A stretch of DNA of 64,000 nucleotides from Setoptus koraiensis (lineage: Eukaryota; Animalia; Arthropoda): the NCBI GenBank assembly GCA_048013815.1, contig CM106585.1, positions 18,228,001-18,292,000 on the forward strand. The letters are read 5' to 3'. Below the pieces are notes generated by a model that saw only the letters and a list, made by a program, of their open reading frames with translations, ran no database searches and was not told the origin of the DNA. The position numbers and the translations under genes were made by a program. Below, piece by piece: positions 1 through 11,440 of the stretch (within the stretch, counting starts at the first letter, position 1; each line of letters opens with the position of its first letter).

Positions 1-2168
1 CTAAACCGCTACAATTGCACAGACCGACAAATTGATTATGACACCATGTATAGTGTGTATGCAATAGCATGCATTATAAATAAATCCATATCGAGTCGAA
101 TCAAGTCAGTGAAAAAGTTGTGAGGTAGCTTAAATGATGATTATCTGTCATTCCAGTCTGGGTACAATTGCGATTGAGCAAACACTGAAACGGTCAAGGT
201 GTGTATCAAGACAACTGATGACACCCTATAAACTTTACATGAACGAACTATTCATCAAGTATCAAGTATTCTCCTTATTCATGTTACAGCATTAGAAATA
301 GTTAATTAATGACTAATTGTTAAATGGATATAATTGTTCAAAGGCTGATTCGGCTGGCTTGTATTGTATATGTATAGTGCGCTAGCATGTCCACCCAAAA
401 CGAGTCTAGTTTGTCAAAACGAAATCGGCAAACTTTTCGTTGAAACTTGTGTCTAGACTGGTGTTGCATAATGTGTAAAGATTGACATGGCGCAACAATC
501 TTTCGATTGATAGTACGAAAGGAGAACAGCACTTACTTTTCTGGACGGCGGGTGTGTCTTGCATTACGTAGTAGTGGGTGGTATACAGTACAGAGGCTAA
601 TTAAGACTAAATTAAGACTAATGAAAACTTTGCTTATTAAATTATCAGTTTATTAATTATTTAAATTTCAAGTTAATCTTTTGAATTTGGACCATTAATG
701 GGTGACTGAGCAATCGGACGAGTAACTTCCCCGGCATGAACGACAGCCATCTTTATGTCGGGGAAAGCTGAGAAAAAGTCAAAAGTGTCCGACCACTACT
801 GAGAGATGTCGATAAAAATGCTCCAACAAGTAACAGACAACTTGTACGAGATAGTAGTCGCTGCTGAGATTTTCAGTCATGATAACTAGCATGGTACTAT
901 GAGGCTGTCTTCCAGTATTCGCATGTATCTTGATTTGTTGCCGGCAATCAGTCAGACACTATCACATCCCATGATGTGAAACCTGTGGCTTGTCAGATTG
1001 CAATATTTCGTATGAGATATACAATGCGACTCTTTTGCGACGACCTCAGTAGATCAAACGAGAGCTGGTGACCCCAGTAATTGAAAAATTCATCATTCAT
1101 ACCTGGACAACACCAGACAGGGAAAGGTGGTCAAGAGTTGGGATATCATTTAATCATTACTCACAAGATTGTCAGATAAATTGCGTTTAAATTGCCATTC
1201 CTCTGAAGTGTTTTCTCTTCGAAGACCAAGACCGAGTTCAGTTTTGCCGGTATCCCATTCATTCATTTCCATGCAAGTCAACGATGCTAGCGTATTTTAT
1301 AGCGGAGATAATTTGCAAGGTCGCCATAACGGCAAGATTATTTCCACCATCGTTGTTTGCTTGCATGCAACTTTGTACCGGCAGCGACATCTGAAAAGAC
1401 GTTTGCAATCTAAAATTTGATTAACAAAATTTCGCACCATATTATTTGAGAAGACGAACCCTTTGCGAACTTCCTCCATGGCCACATTAGTCTATAACGA
1501 TCAGTATAAATCGACCATACTTTTCATGGGGTATAATTGCACATTCCAGCCTTTGGGCTTCACCAGAAGAAAGCCCTCTCTCTTTTTTTTTTTTGCAAAC
1601 TCAAACAGATAACCCTCCCGGTCGTCGCAACAATCGAAGAAAACGAGAGAGCGACTTCGGAGATTGTCCAAAAAGAATGTTCAAACAGCAAACATACGGT
1701 TTGGTCTGTCTCAATCTCTCATTTATTTTTATCTACGATGTTTAATAACAATTAAGATTATTTTGATATTTTTGACTATCTATAATTTACGTTGAAACGT
1801 CTATCAATTGTGTGTGTGGAATTATTACGTACGTGCACATGTCAGATTTGATAAGATCAATGGTTAAATTTGTCGATATCATATTTGAGTACTTGTGTAG
1901 AATTGCCTTTCGATTCCATGTACACACACATATTTTAGCTTCATTTCCTATTGTTCTACATGTAATAGCAATTAGTTGTGATTGTTTTCATTTTCCCTCG
2001 TTTGGTGTGTTTATAAATCATTAAATCTTAGAGTTAGTATTAGCTTTTGTTTGAATGCTTTGTTGGAGTCACTTTCATCATAAATAACTTTTCTTTTGTT
2101 TGTTTCCTTTGATATTCAATAGAATTATCTTCATCACTATCACGTTGCTAAATACTATTTGTATTGTA

Positions 2169-3419
2169 TTATCTATCGTCATGGTGGTCATCATTAAGTT
2201 TTTTGTCGGTGTTTTTTGTGTTTGTAATCATCACTAGGTTGTCATCAATCGCCATGGTTTCATTGTCAGAATAGCAATCATAAAAGTGGTCTCCGTTTGA
2301 ATTCTGAGAGATTTCATCGACAGCCGAATAGGACGATGAAATCATATCAAGATTATTGTTAGATTCATTGATATTATTATTAGTATTGTTATTGTTTAAA
2401 TCTATGTCATAGTCTATATTGTTATTATCACTATCATCAATCCCATCTGTATCATGATCATGGATGGGCGACTTCATCATCTCACTACGATCGCCATTGT
2501 CATTTTCATCATCATCTTGGTCGTCGTTGTTGTCGTCGTCATCGTCTTCGTCGGATATCAATATATTAGATGGACTCTCCAGACACGATGTGACATTTGT
2601 TGAAAAGCCCAAGCCCAGTGGTCCCGAGGACGCTGACGACGACGATGGTGAACAGGATGACGACGATGACAGTTGCGAAGTTGAAGATGGTGACAGTGAG
2701 AGTTGTCTATTTGGATGTGACTGTTTTTGGTTGTTGTTGTTGATTGAGATTGCCGGTGATTGAGTGGATGATTGACTTGAATCGATCGTATCGTTGTTGC
2801 CATTTTGGTTGTCGCCGTTTTGGGTGTCACCGTTTTGGGTGCCGCTATCATGGCCGTTGCCATTGTGGTTGTTGTTTGTTGAGTTGTTGACGCTTAAATT
2901 GTTTCTGATTAGAATGTCATAATTGTTGTTGTTGTGATAATAATTGTAATAATAATAGTTGTTGAATCTCGTGCTAAAGCGCTGTTGATGTCGCGTCTGC
3001 AATCCATTTAGATTATCCGTAATAGCGTGGCTATTGTAAATACTTTTAGCATTGTAACTGGTAAGATCCCAATCGTTTTCCTTGAGCATATGTGCCAATT
3101 CAATAATGTATTTGCCCTCTTTGTATTTTTGGCTCACAACAAAAGCCTGCTCATATTTCCAGCCCAGGGTTGTCTTGCAATTGTTGCAATAGATATCCGC
3201 CACAACATGCGGGCCTGTGGACAGTGAGCGTCTCTCCGAGGCGCCAATGCCAACGTTGACCACCGAATTGAACAGGTAGGCCGGCCCGTGGGTGCCTAGA
3301 AATTGTTTTGAAATGAGTTCGTCGTGATTGGCCAAATGGGCACGACAATAGACACAACTGTACGTTCTGAGACAGTTGCTCAGGTAGGCGAGTCGGGTGC
3401 CCTTGGCCTGCTCGATCAT
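2169..3419 (-). CDS. YPEL: Yippee-like (YPEL) zinc-binding protein with a long N/D/S-rich C-terminal tail, 416 aa, no intron seen
   Basis: Yippee domain is clear: [37 protein letters not shown]...[41 protein letters not shown], with two CxxC pairs. First in-frame ATG is at 3419; the ORF-track start at 3521 is TTG. Confidence 0.93.
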   Translation of the reverse strand: MIEQAKGTRLAYLSNCLRTYSCVYCRAHLANHDELISKQFLGTHGPAYLFNSVVNVGIGASERRSLSTGPHVVADIYCNNCKTTLGWKYEQAFVVSQKYKEGKYIIELAHMLKENDWDLTSYNAKSIYNSHAITDNLNGLQTRHQQRFSTRFNNYYYYNYYHNNNNYDILIRNNLSVNNSTNNNHNGNGHDSGTQNGDTQNGDNQNGNNDTIDSSQSSTQSPAISINNNNQKQSHPNRQLSLSPSSTSQLSSSSSCSPSSSSASSGPLGLGFSTNVTSCLESPSNILISDEDDDDDNNDDQDDDENDNGDRSEMMKSPIHDHDTDGIDDSDNNNIDYDIDLNNNNTNNNINESNNNLDMISSSYSAVDEISQNSNGDHFYDCYSDNETMAIDDNLVMITNTKNTDKKLNDDHHDDR

Positions 3420-3879
3420 TGTATTTTTGCTGTCTGTTGTGTCTGTGATGATGATGCGTCTGTGACGATGTAGTCGTGTGGTGGTTACCTGGGTTTGTGA
3501 GCGACTGTTACGTGTGACCAAATGTATTACGTGTGGCCGATATTTGCTGCCGAGCTGATGATCAGGCTAGCCGAGGTGGCTGGCTACTGTAGGCTTAGAA
3601 ATGGCTGCTCGGTGGTAGCTGAATTGAAATCGACAATTGAATTTTTCCTTCCTCCTAGTTTGTAAATAATTATATATTGCAAATGCGAGGATGTCCTGTT
3701 ATGTTGCGTTATTGCCTGTTTATGGCCAACTGGCGCTGCCTAAGCGTCTGCTGCTACTGCTGCTGTTGTTTCTGCTGAAACTATGTCGATGGCCTGGCGA
3801 TATGTTCATCTATGTTACATTGCATGCCATGTCATGTGACTGTGTTGTTGTCGTATTTCATTCGTCGTCGTCGCTATTA

Positions 3880-3955
3880 ATCTGCTGCTAACGTTGCCGT
3901 TGTTGCTGTTGTTGTTGTTGTTGTTGCTGTTGTTGTTGTTGCTGCTGTTGTTGCT
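3880..3955. repeat. Imperfect (TTG/CTG)n trinucleotide microsatellite
   Basis: Run of gttgttgctgttgttg... visible directly, upstream of YPEL. Confidence 0.85.
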
Positions 3956-4896
3956 ATCAATATTATACATTAATACAGAGGTGGTTGTGTGTACGTAGGC
4001 CGCAGCACTGTTTTTTTTTTGTTTATATTCGTGTACTTCTTTTCTTCTTCTTCTTCGTCTTCTTCTCTGGCTGCCTGGCTAGCTCGCTCCGATACAAGTC
4101 GACAGATTAGTCGGTGGCATTGGCAACGGTGCACTTGGTGGTCGGACTAATAATGCCATCGGAGCATTATATCAGAATAGAGGAGTTAACTTTGCCAATG
4201 CCGTTGCAATTGCAATTGCAGTTGCAGTTGCAGTTGTTGCTGTGGTTGCTATTGTCGCTGCTGTTGCTGTTGCAGTTGATCGTTTCGTCGTTGTTGATAA
4301 GTAACTGCATTAAACATGATATGCAACAACAACAATCAAGTAAAAACACGGCGCTTTCACATTAAATAATGCACCATTTCTTCCATCCACTTGGCTTATG
4401 AAATCTTACACATGAGCAGGCTCACCACTAATGCATTGCAAATAGCGCTCGCTTGTTGGCAAGCTTGTTCACCACTGTAGTGTTTACATTTTTACTCTAG
4501 GCGAAGTACACGGTCAGGCATCCAATTCACCCATTTCACATATATAATGCAAAATATGTACGCGTGGTGGCGCTACCAAAGCGCAGTGTACAAGCAGTGA
4601 CAGTGCACTTTGTCGAACCTATTCAACATCACCACCAGTGCGCCATACTCCTTCTGTTGGCACACTCATAAATGTGTGCTTGTGAACGGTCACAGAATAT
4701 ATTTACTAGTGATTCCCACTTGAGGGCGCTAAGTTTAAATGGTAAAAATTATGATGGAGAAAAACCACGTGTGAGTGCTAAATTCAATGTCTGACATGGC
4801 AATAAAAGGTACTCTGATTGTAGTACGAAACCAATCATTGTATTATTTAGGACATAGTGTTGATTTATTCGTTCCACACAGCTCAATCTCGTCACC

Positions 4897-5451
4897 ATGG
4901 AGGCCGTTGACAAATTAATAGAGAAACTAAGCAAGGAACAGCTCGAAACCGAGATACTACCCAAACGGGTCGTCACATCCGACTATGAGCAACAGTCGCG
5001 TCTGGAACCTGTGAATAAAGATAGAATGGGAAGGAGAAAAAGACGCCTGGAAAACAAGAAGAGACGAGAGGCCACCGCTGGTCTCAAATGGTTCGATCTA
5101 CCAAAGCAGGAGCTCGACGATGAGAAGAAGCTCAATTTGGAGGCACTCAAATTGAGATCAGCCATCAATCCAAAACGTTTCTACAAAAGGAAAGCTATTG
5201 ACAAGGAAGCGCCAGATTACTTTCACGTGGGTACTGTAGTTGAGCACCCAACAGAATTCTATTCACATCGCGTACCCAAAAAAGATCGTAAACGTACCCT
5301 AGTAGATGAACTGTTAGCCGATGCAGAATTCAAGCAAACTGTCAAGCGCAGGTACAAAGAAATACACACGAAAAAGGTGGAGCGAAACAAGAACGTAGCC
5401 CTGGCTCGAAGACGGCAGGCACAGAGAGACCAAAACAAGAAACGGAAATAA
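4897..5451 (+). CDS. DNTTIP2: Fcf2 / DNTTIP2-like pre-rRNA processing protein, 184 aa
   Basis: Fcf2 motif TAGLKWFDLPKQEL...LEALKLRSAINPKRFYK...FHVGTVVEHPTEFYSHRVPKKDRKRTLVDELLAD. ATG in ACCATGG context; AATAAA overlaps the stop codon. Confidence 0.9.
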   Translation: MEAVDKLIEKLSKEQLETEILPKRVVTSDYEQQSRLEPVNKDRMGRRKRRLENKKRREATAGLKWFDLPKQELDDEKKLNLEALKLRSAINPKRFYKRKAIDKEAPDYFHVGTVVEHPTEFYSHRVPKKDRKRTLVDELLADAEFKQTVKRRYKEIHTKKVERNKNVALARRRQAQRDQNKKRK

Positions 5452-5569
5452 AGTAGATGTCTGGCGGTTAACTGTTCTCATAACACACAGAATCCTAGTT
5501 ATATCCTGTAATTTTTATTCTAATTCATAAATGTTTTCTTTTGTTTTAAGATTAAACAACACCGATAAA

Positions 5570-6514
5570 TTATGATGATTGACTGGCTTTGAGCTTCAAC
5601 TTCAAGCTTTCTGGCATCTCAGGTGGTGGTGGTCTAGGCAAGTTGAGCATAACTTTGACAGAATCATAGATGAACCACTGTAGAGCTGTAAGGGTACCTA
5701 TCATGATGATTCTAGGCGTTAGACCCTTCCACAGGCCAGCCATGCCCAACTTTTTGGCTGCCTCTACAGCGGTGCTGCCCTTGTCTTGGTTTAGTTTCGA
5801 CACAACAGTATCGGCTGGATGTGACACAACAGCACAAAATACACCAGCAATGTAACCAGCGGCAAATGTAACAATCAATTGTTCGCCCTTCGTACAATCG
5901 GCTCTCTTCTTTGGTACAACGTGCTTGTAAAGTAGCTCGACTGTACGCTCAAAAGCGGCGAATTTCATCATGGTGTATGGTATCTGTCTCATCCAAAGTG
6001 GTCCCAGGCCCTTGTAGAGGCCCCCAATGCCCTCGGCACGAATAATATCGGGCAAAACTTTGCGCAACATTGGCGAGCAGCCAGGTTGTGTTTGTATTCG
6101 TACTTTGGCGGCTTCCAGAGGGCAAAGGGCAATGTCGGCAAAGAATTCAGCCGAGGCCGATGCAGCCAAATAAAGTGATGTTCGCCATGTGTAAGACAGT
6201 TCCTCGCCAATAGCATTGGCATACATAACCTTGAACAATTCATACAGACCGAATTTGCCCAAACCCTGTAACGAGTAACCAATTGCTGTAGGTGCCCATC
6301 CCTTGGCCAGACCACGAGCTCCGTCCTCGGCTAGGGTGACCTTGAATCCATTGAAGATGTTCTTGTATTTGGTTGGGTTGGTTTGAATCCTGCATTTGAC
6401 CATGTCAAGCGGCGTCAACGCTGTGTGTGTAATACCACAACTGAGAATGCCACCGAGTCCGCATAATCCGTAAAATTTGAGGGTTCCAACCTCGACATTG
6501 GCTTGAGATGACAT
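5570..6514 (-). CDS. SLC25A3: Mitochondrial phosphate carrier (SLC25A3/Mpcp), 314 aa, intronless
   Basis: Three carrier repeats (PLDMVKCRIQ, PLEAAKVRIQ, PADTVVSKL) and PiC-typical GGILSCGITHT, WMRQIPYTMMKFA, IMIGTLTALQWFIYD. Confidence 0.96.
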   Translation of the reverse strand: MSSQANVEVGTLKFYGLCGLGGILSCGITHTALTPLDMVKCRIQTNPTKYKNIFNGFKVTLAEDGARGLAKGWAPTAIGYSLQGLGKFGLYELFKVMYANAIGEELSYTWRTSLYLAASASAEFFADIALCPLEAAKVRIQTQPGCSPMLRKVLPDIIRAEGIGGLYKGLGPLWMRQIPYTMMKFAAFERTVELLYKHVVPKKRADCTKGEQLIVTFAAGYIAGVFCAVVSHPADTVVSKLNQDKGSTAVEAAKKLGMAGLWKGLTPRIIMIGTLTALQWFIYDSVKVMLNLPRPPPPEMPESLKLKLKASQSS

Positions 6515-8561
6515 GATGATAAAAGTCGAATGAGGGTCGCGACGGGGTGAAATCAGTTAGAAAATAAGCCAAATGTACTATTGAGGAATCGCTGACTGTA
6601 TTCTCGATGGGTTAAGACCAAACCAAGGTTAGTGAAAGGATATTTGGCCACAATTTGTTGCTTGATGAGTGAAAGCTGATAGCACTGATACTGGTAGTAG
6701 CATAGTAATGTCGTATACCACACACTCTCAATGTGAATAGACATTTGGACATTGCGAGAACCTGATGCCCACCCCGTGTGCGCAGAACTGAGCGGCAATT
6801 TTGAAACTGTGCAAAAAAAAAATTTATCCCCACATAATCCGCATACTGAACTAGTGCATATACAGTGCATGTACTGTGAGTCAAATCTCATTTATCTCAT
6901 CGGATTATCGTTGGATATTGGACAAGTTGCATCTTCCGCTCACAAGTTGTCAGTTGTGCGCACAGGGGTTATGTAATAGTTGTTGTATGTCCAATAAATC
7001 TTTGACTTTATGGCGTGTTGCTGCTGTTGGTCTGCGAAAGGGTGAAACTAACCGCCAGTAAATGTCGTTCGACGAGGGTCGTTGTGCGAGCCAGGGCACA
7101 CGGCACGCAAAGTGTACCTTTGGCACAGTGCTCCAGCAGACAGGTTAGCACGAGAGAGGACAAATCTGACGATCTAGATGAAATGTTGCGGTCGATGTCG
7201 CAGATTTAAAATGCAATCCTGCCTGCCGCAATCTGCGAAATTCAGATCGTTTGTGCAACAGCGTCGCACAGATATACCCTATGTGCGCCATAGAAAAGTG
7301 TGTGCAGAAGCCCGGCAAGAATGGATCTGCAACGGGGGCGTGACTGGGCAGCGCCATCTCGTTTCGCACGCGGAGAACACTCGCTGAACCTATATGAAGT
7401 TTTCGAATACTGTTTGATTTAGTGTCATTATAGTACCTCATTTGCGTATATGCTGCAACACTACATGCAAGAACCAGATATTAGTTTGCAAATAATGGAT
7501 GTTTGTATTTATTCGTAATGTAATCAATTGCATAATGGCATACGAAACACTCAGCCGGGTCTCCTAAAGGCGTGCTGCTGTTCCTGGCGAGTCTTGCGCC
7601 TTCCATTTTTGCGCCATCTCAACACCAAATTTGGCAATCCTTTGGACATCGTGATTAAATCACTATCATCCACGTCCACTTGAACTATTGACTCGTCGTC
7701 GGAGCTTGCAGTGGCTTTTGTCCGTACGTTTGCATAAGTATTAGAAGGACACTGGCGAGCAGATAGACAAGATAAAGAGAAGAGAAATGGGGTATTTTGT
7801 TCGTTACTAAAGGGCTTGTCCAAAGTTGAGAATCGTCGACGAAGCTCAAAATAGCGGCAGTTATAGTCATAGAATACTGTCAATCGCAAACGAAATCATT
7901 GCGCTAACGGCAAATGATATACATATATATGGATGTCCGAGGTTCGTTGATTGTAAACTTGGGTTTGCGTTTATATCGGATGCTGTTTGCATCGGCCCCC
8001 TAATGACGTTCATTTTGTGACAGTCAGATTAGCAGCAAATACAAGAGCGAGTGAGAGAAGTTGCGCTGAAACCAAGTTTTGTTTTCACGGCTGATTATGA
8101 CATTCTTGAGCAACACAACTCGCTGGAATGGCCAAATCAACATAACGACCAGTCGCTTAAAGCAAGAAGAATTAACAGAGAGGGGTCCAATTCCTGATTG
8201 ATGCATGCGTATTGGGTGTGTGTCAGTGAGGCAGCGCTGAGGGCCAGTAACATGGCGCCGATAAATGATCGCACTCTTTGTTCTCTTGTAATCAGAGAGG
8301 CTACATTCTTTTTTGTCGCCAACTTATGGCCAATAGTAACTGTAATGGCGCTCAATTATAAAAAATCGCTCGCACATCCGCATCAATTTTTCCTACCAAC
8401 AGCACTCATCAATGGACGCAGACCACTCGCATTGGCCGGCTCCTCCATTCTTTTAATTTAACTAACGAACTCTCGAACTCAGCAGCATCAGTTTTACTTA
8501 TCGATACTCACAGACACACTCAAAGAAGGGGTCCCTTTTTTTCTATATCCTTATTTCATCC

Positions 8562-8813
8562 TTATTTCATTTCAGTTGTGTTCAATATGGCATCATGTTT
8601 TGGGTTGCCAGACTCGCGGGATGCTGCTTCTTGGGCCTCGAACCGGACCGTTTCTAGGTGGGCAGCGTCCAAACTATCGATATATTGTTGACTATAATCA
8701 AACGACTGCCCATTCGAAACGAGATATCCTTTTGCTTCGCCAGTGTGAGTATAATTAATGTTCGCTATATAGAACGCGGAGTGGCGCGCGAACGATGCCG
8801 GGCCAGTAAGTTT
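8562..8813 (-). CDS. NAB: Putative terminal exon 3 of the NAB-like gene (83 aa + stop)
   Basis: Phase-0 donor CTG|GTGAGT at 8916 matches a phase-0 acceptor ctaacag|AAA at 8814 (103-nt intron); frame is open to TAA at 8562. No homology recognised, so tentative. Confidence 0.4.
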   Translation of the reverse strand, partial: KLTGPASFARHSAFYIANINYTHTGEAKGYLVSNGQSFDYSQQYIDSLDAAHLETVRFEAQEAASRESGNPKHDAILNTTEMK

Positions 8814-8916
8814 CTGTTAGTTTTTTCTTCTCCTTCTTTTGGCCGTTCACATCGGACGTTAGCGATCGTTTATTGTGGGAACATTCGATAGACGAGATTG
8901 AGTCGATTCAACTCAC

Positions 8917-10430
8917 CAGTTCTTTGCAAACTGTAGATACCTCGCACGACTTTAGCAAAGACTTGCTAACCATATCCTTCTTGTGATTTTTTGAGGCGCC
9001 TAGTTTTCCCGATTTTCGTTCTTGCTGTGGAAATTCAAAACAATTCTGGGGCGATGTCGAGACGCTGATGCTTGCTGATTTTGAGCCCTTTTCGTTGCGT
9101 CCAGTATCACAAATCTTGTGTTCCGTGTTAGTTGCAACGGTTGAGTCTGACTGTTGTTGATGATTCTTGACTAGATTTGTTGGACACTGTTGGAAATCAA
9201 ATGCGATGCGTTTCGTCGTTACGTTCAATGGTTCAACAATTGGTAGGGCCATTTGAGTAGATGTGGGTATTATGTGCCACTCGTAATTCTCTGCCGCGTT
9301 TTTATCTATCAGCACTGTTTGACACGAAGTTATGGCACGGTTGATATCGGCATTTGGTGAATTTATGGCAACAATTGGCGTTCCAATCATTGAGTCAGAT
9401 CGCTTGAGATTATCCGCAACGTGGTTCAAACCATTGGTCACGTAATTGATCTGATGACGTTGATATTCTAAGGCGTTTGCTGCCATATTATGGTGTCGTC
9501 TGCGTTCCAAAGCAATTACACTATCTTTGTATTGACTAGACGGAAATAGCAACAATTTTTGTTGAGTTAAATCATGGGCATTATCATTGATTGATGGCGA
9601 AGTTTGCAGATGGGCCAAACAAGTGACTTGATTTGTACTGTTATTAGACAATTTATAGTGCAATGTCGATTGTTTAACAATGTTGTCAGACAGCTGCATA
9701 TTGATACGACCTATTGAATGCTTGTAACTAATCATATCATTTTGACCTCTTAGAATTTCCGCAACGCTCTTCTGGTGCAAATGATCGATCGATTTGCTTT
9801 TGTTATCTACAGGATTGGATGAAGATTGATTGCAGATCTTCTTATAGCATTGACCCTCGATCGAGTCCGATTGTTGACGGCTCATATTTCTGATTCCCAG
9901 TGATGATCTCGATGATGATGTGTTTGAAGTAGATGCCCGAGACGTCATCATGTTATTGGGGGAGTATTTATCATTTGATGTTGATGCTAGTGACATCGAT
10001 TCGGAACGAGGCACATAAAAATCTTCTTTGGCCACGCCGCTGTCGTCATGTGGACTGGGTAAGCTTGTCATGTCCACCGATGGTAAATTTTTATTATTAT
10101 CATTACCTTGTTTACTTTCTGTAGAATTTAATTCTGATGCAAGTGCCCTATCAGGTATATAAAGTCTGTCGTCCATAGATAATGTTGTTGATGATCGAGA
10201 ATCCGAAAGTGCCTTCAGTGCTGACTGTTCAGTCGGATCGATATGACAAAGTGACATATTCGTGGAGGACCCCGTGGTCTTGTTAAATATATCGGGGCTT
10301 TTCTTCCATTCCAGAAGTGTCTTTTGTAGCCTCCTAACGTGCAACGGCTTCTTGGTCATGCCCACAAAATCCATTATCTCCAGGAATTCTTCATCATCGG
10401 CGTCACACAATTGCTGAACATCATCACCAC
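8917..10430 (-). CDS. NAB: NAB (NGFI-A/EGR-binding corepressor)-like gene, exon 2
   Basis: After acceptor aaaag| at 10431 it reads [42 protein letters not shown], the second half of the NCD1 domain, followed by a long S/N/Q-rich region. Confidence 0.85.
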
Positions 10431-10544
10431 CTTTTCGAGATAATCATGAGATAGTAATGTGATAACAAAAGAATCGAGTGTTAGTGTCGTGATTCGGTTG
10501 GCATTCGCATTTCACCGTTTATGTTACTGATGAGATCAACATAC

Positions 10545-10950
10545 CTAACTGAACAAAAGTCTCGAAGTAACATAGTAGATTGGCTCGTTCCAATAATCTA
10601 TAAATCATGAATTCTGACTGATTATTCGGAAGTTTTCTATTGCTCGCGTGATTCTGAACATCGTCTTCAACGATTGCTTGGCTGTGCCTCGAGCCGGGAC
10701 TCATAGTGACAAGATTGTTGTTGTATGTCTCCTTGACATGATGAACATCTTTATTGGCTGCAAAATTGTTGGTTTGTTGACTTCTATTGCTAATATTTCT
10801 ATCACCATCACCGGCACAACTACTGATCGTGCCAACACAACTATTACTCTCTTGATTGTTTGGTGATGTATTAGGTTTGTCTCTTGTCTGTTGGTTGTCA
10901 ACTTGTCTGATGTCTTTGTAAAAATTATCGTCCACGTAGCTCGAACTCAT
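10545..10950 (-). CDS. NAB: NAB-like gene, exon 1
   Basis: ATG at 10950; ends ...QSEFMIYRLLERANLLCYFETFVQL G|GTATGT, the first half of NCD1. A phase-1 intron 10431-10544 (114 nt) joins in frame to exon 2. Confidence 0.85.
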
Positions 10951-11218
10951 AATTCTACACAAATTTAGTTGCGTGCGTAGAGAAAAATCGACTTAATCAA
11001 TATAAAATAGTGCTAATTTGAGTGACATTCAATTTATTTTTGCTTGTATTCAATCTAGTCAATTCGACATATAGGATTGTGATATTTACAATATATTTGA
11101 ATTGATTTGCATTCGATGTACTGTATTCTTCAATGTTACTCATAATTCATATTTGCCTGTTATATTAGGAATTGTTATTTCGTCGAACAACTAATTCCAA
11201 TGAAGCAAACAAAGTTGA

Positions 11219-11410
11219 GATCGAGGGGGAAGGAATGGGCTGAAAAGGATCGATCAATAGAAAGGGAAACTTCTTCTCCGTTGATGGGCCATTCCTTACC
11301 TATAAAGAAGATAGGCATAAGAACTGTCGTGGTCTGCGGGGGTCGAAGAGTAAGAGTAATCGATATCAATGGAGGCCAGTTTGCTATTTTCACCCCCACC
11401 CCCCTCGACC
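11219..11410. mobile_element. Candidate MITE-like element with GATC-G5 termini, copy 1
   Basis: Left GATCGAGGGGG; right end reverse-complements to GGTCGAGGGGG (10/11). Inner inverted repeat AAGGAATGG/CCATTCCTT. No target-site duplication found. Confidence 0.3.
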
Positions 11411-11440
11411 CTTTAGCATTCATTATTCTTATGTTATTGG

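Noticed and set aside
993-1103. Peptide NYWGHQLSFDLLRSSQKSRIVYL resembling a retinol-dehydrogenase SDR segment
   Set aside because: No Rossmann TGxxxGIG or YxxxK motif found nearby; similarity too weak.
1287-1337. Minus-strand peptide SCRYGDLANYLRYKIR resembling tyrosine-kinase subdomain V
   Set aside because: Only 16 codons, bounded by stops, with no splice sites or other kinase subdomains in order; probably chance.
2464-2863. Overlapping alternative-frame and antisense ORFs inside YPEL
   Set aside because: By-products of trinucleotide low complexity in the real CDS.
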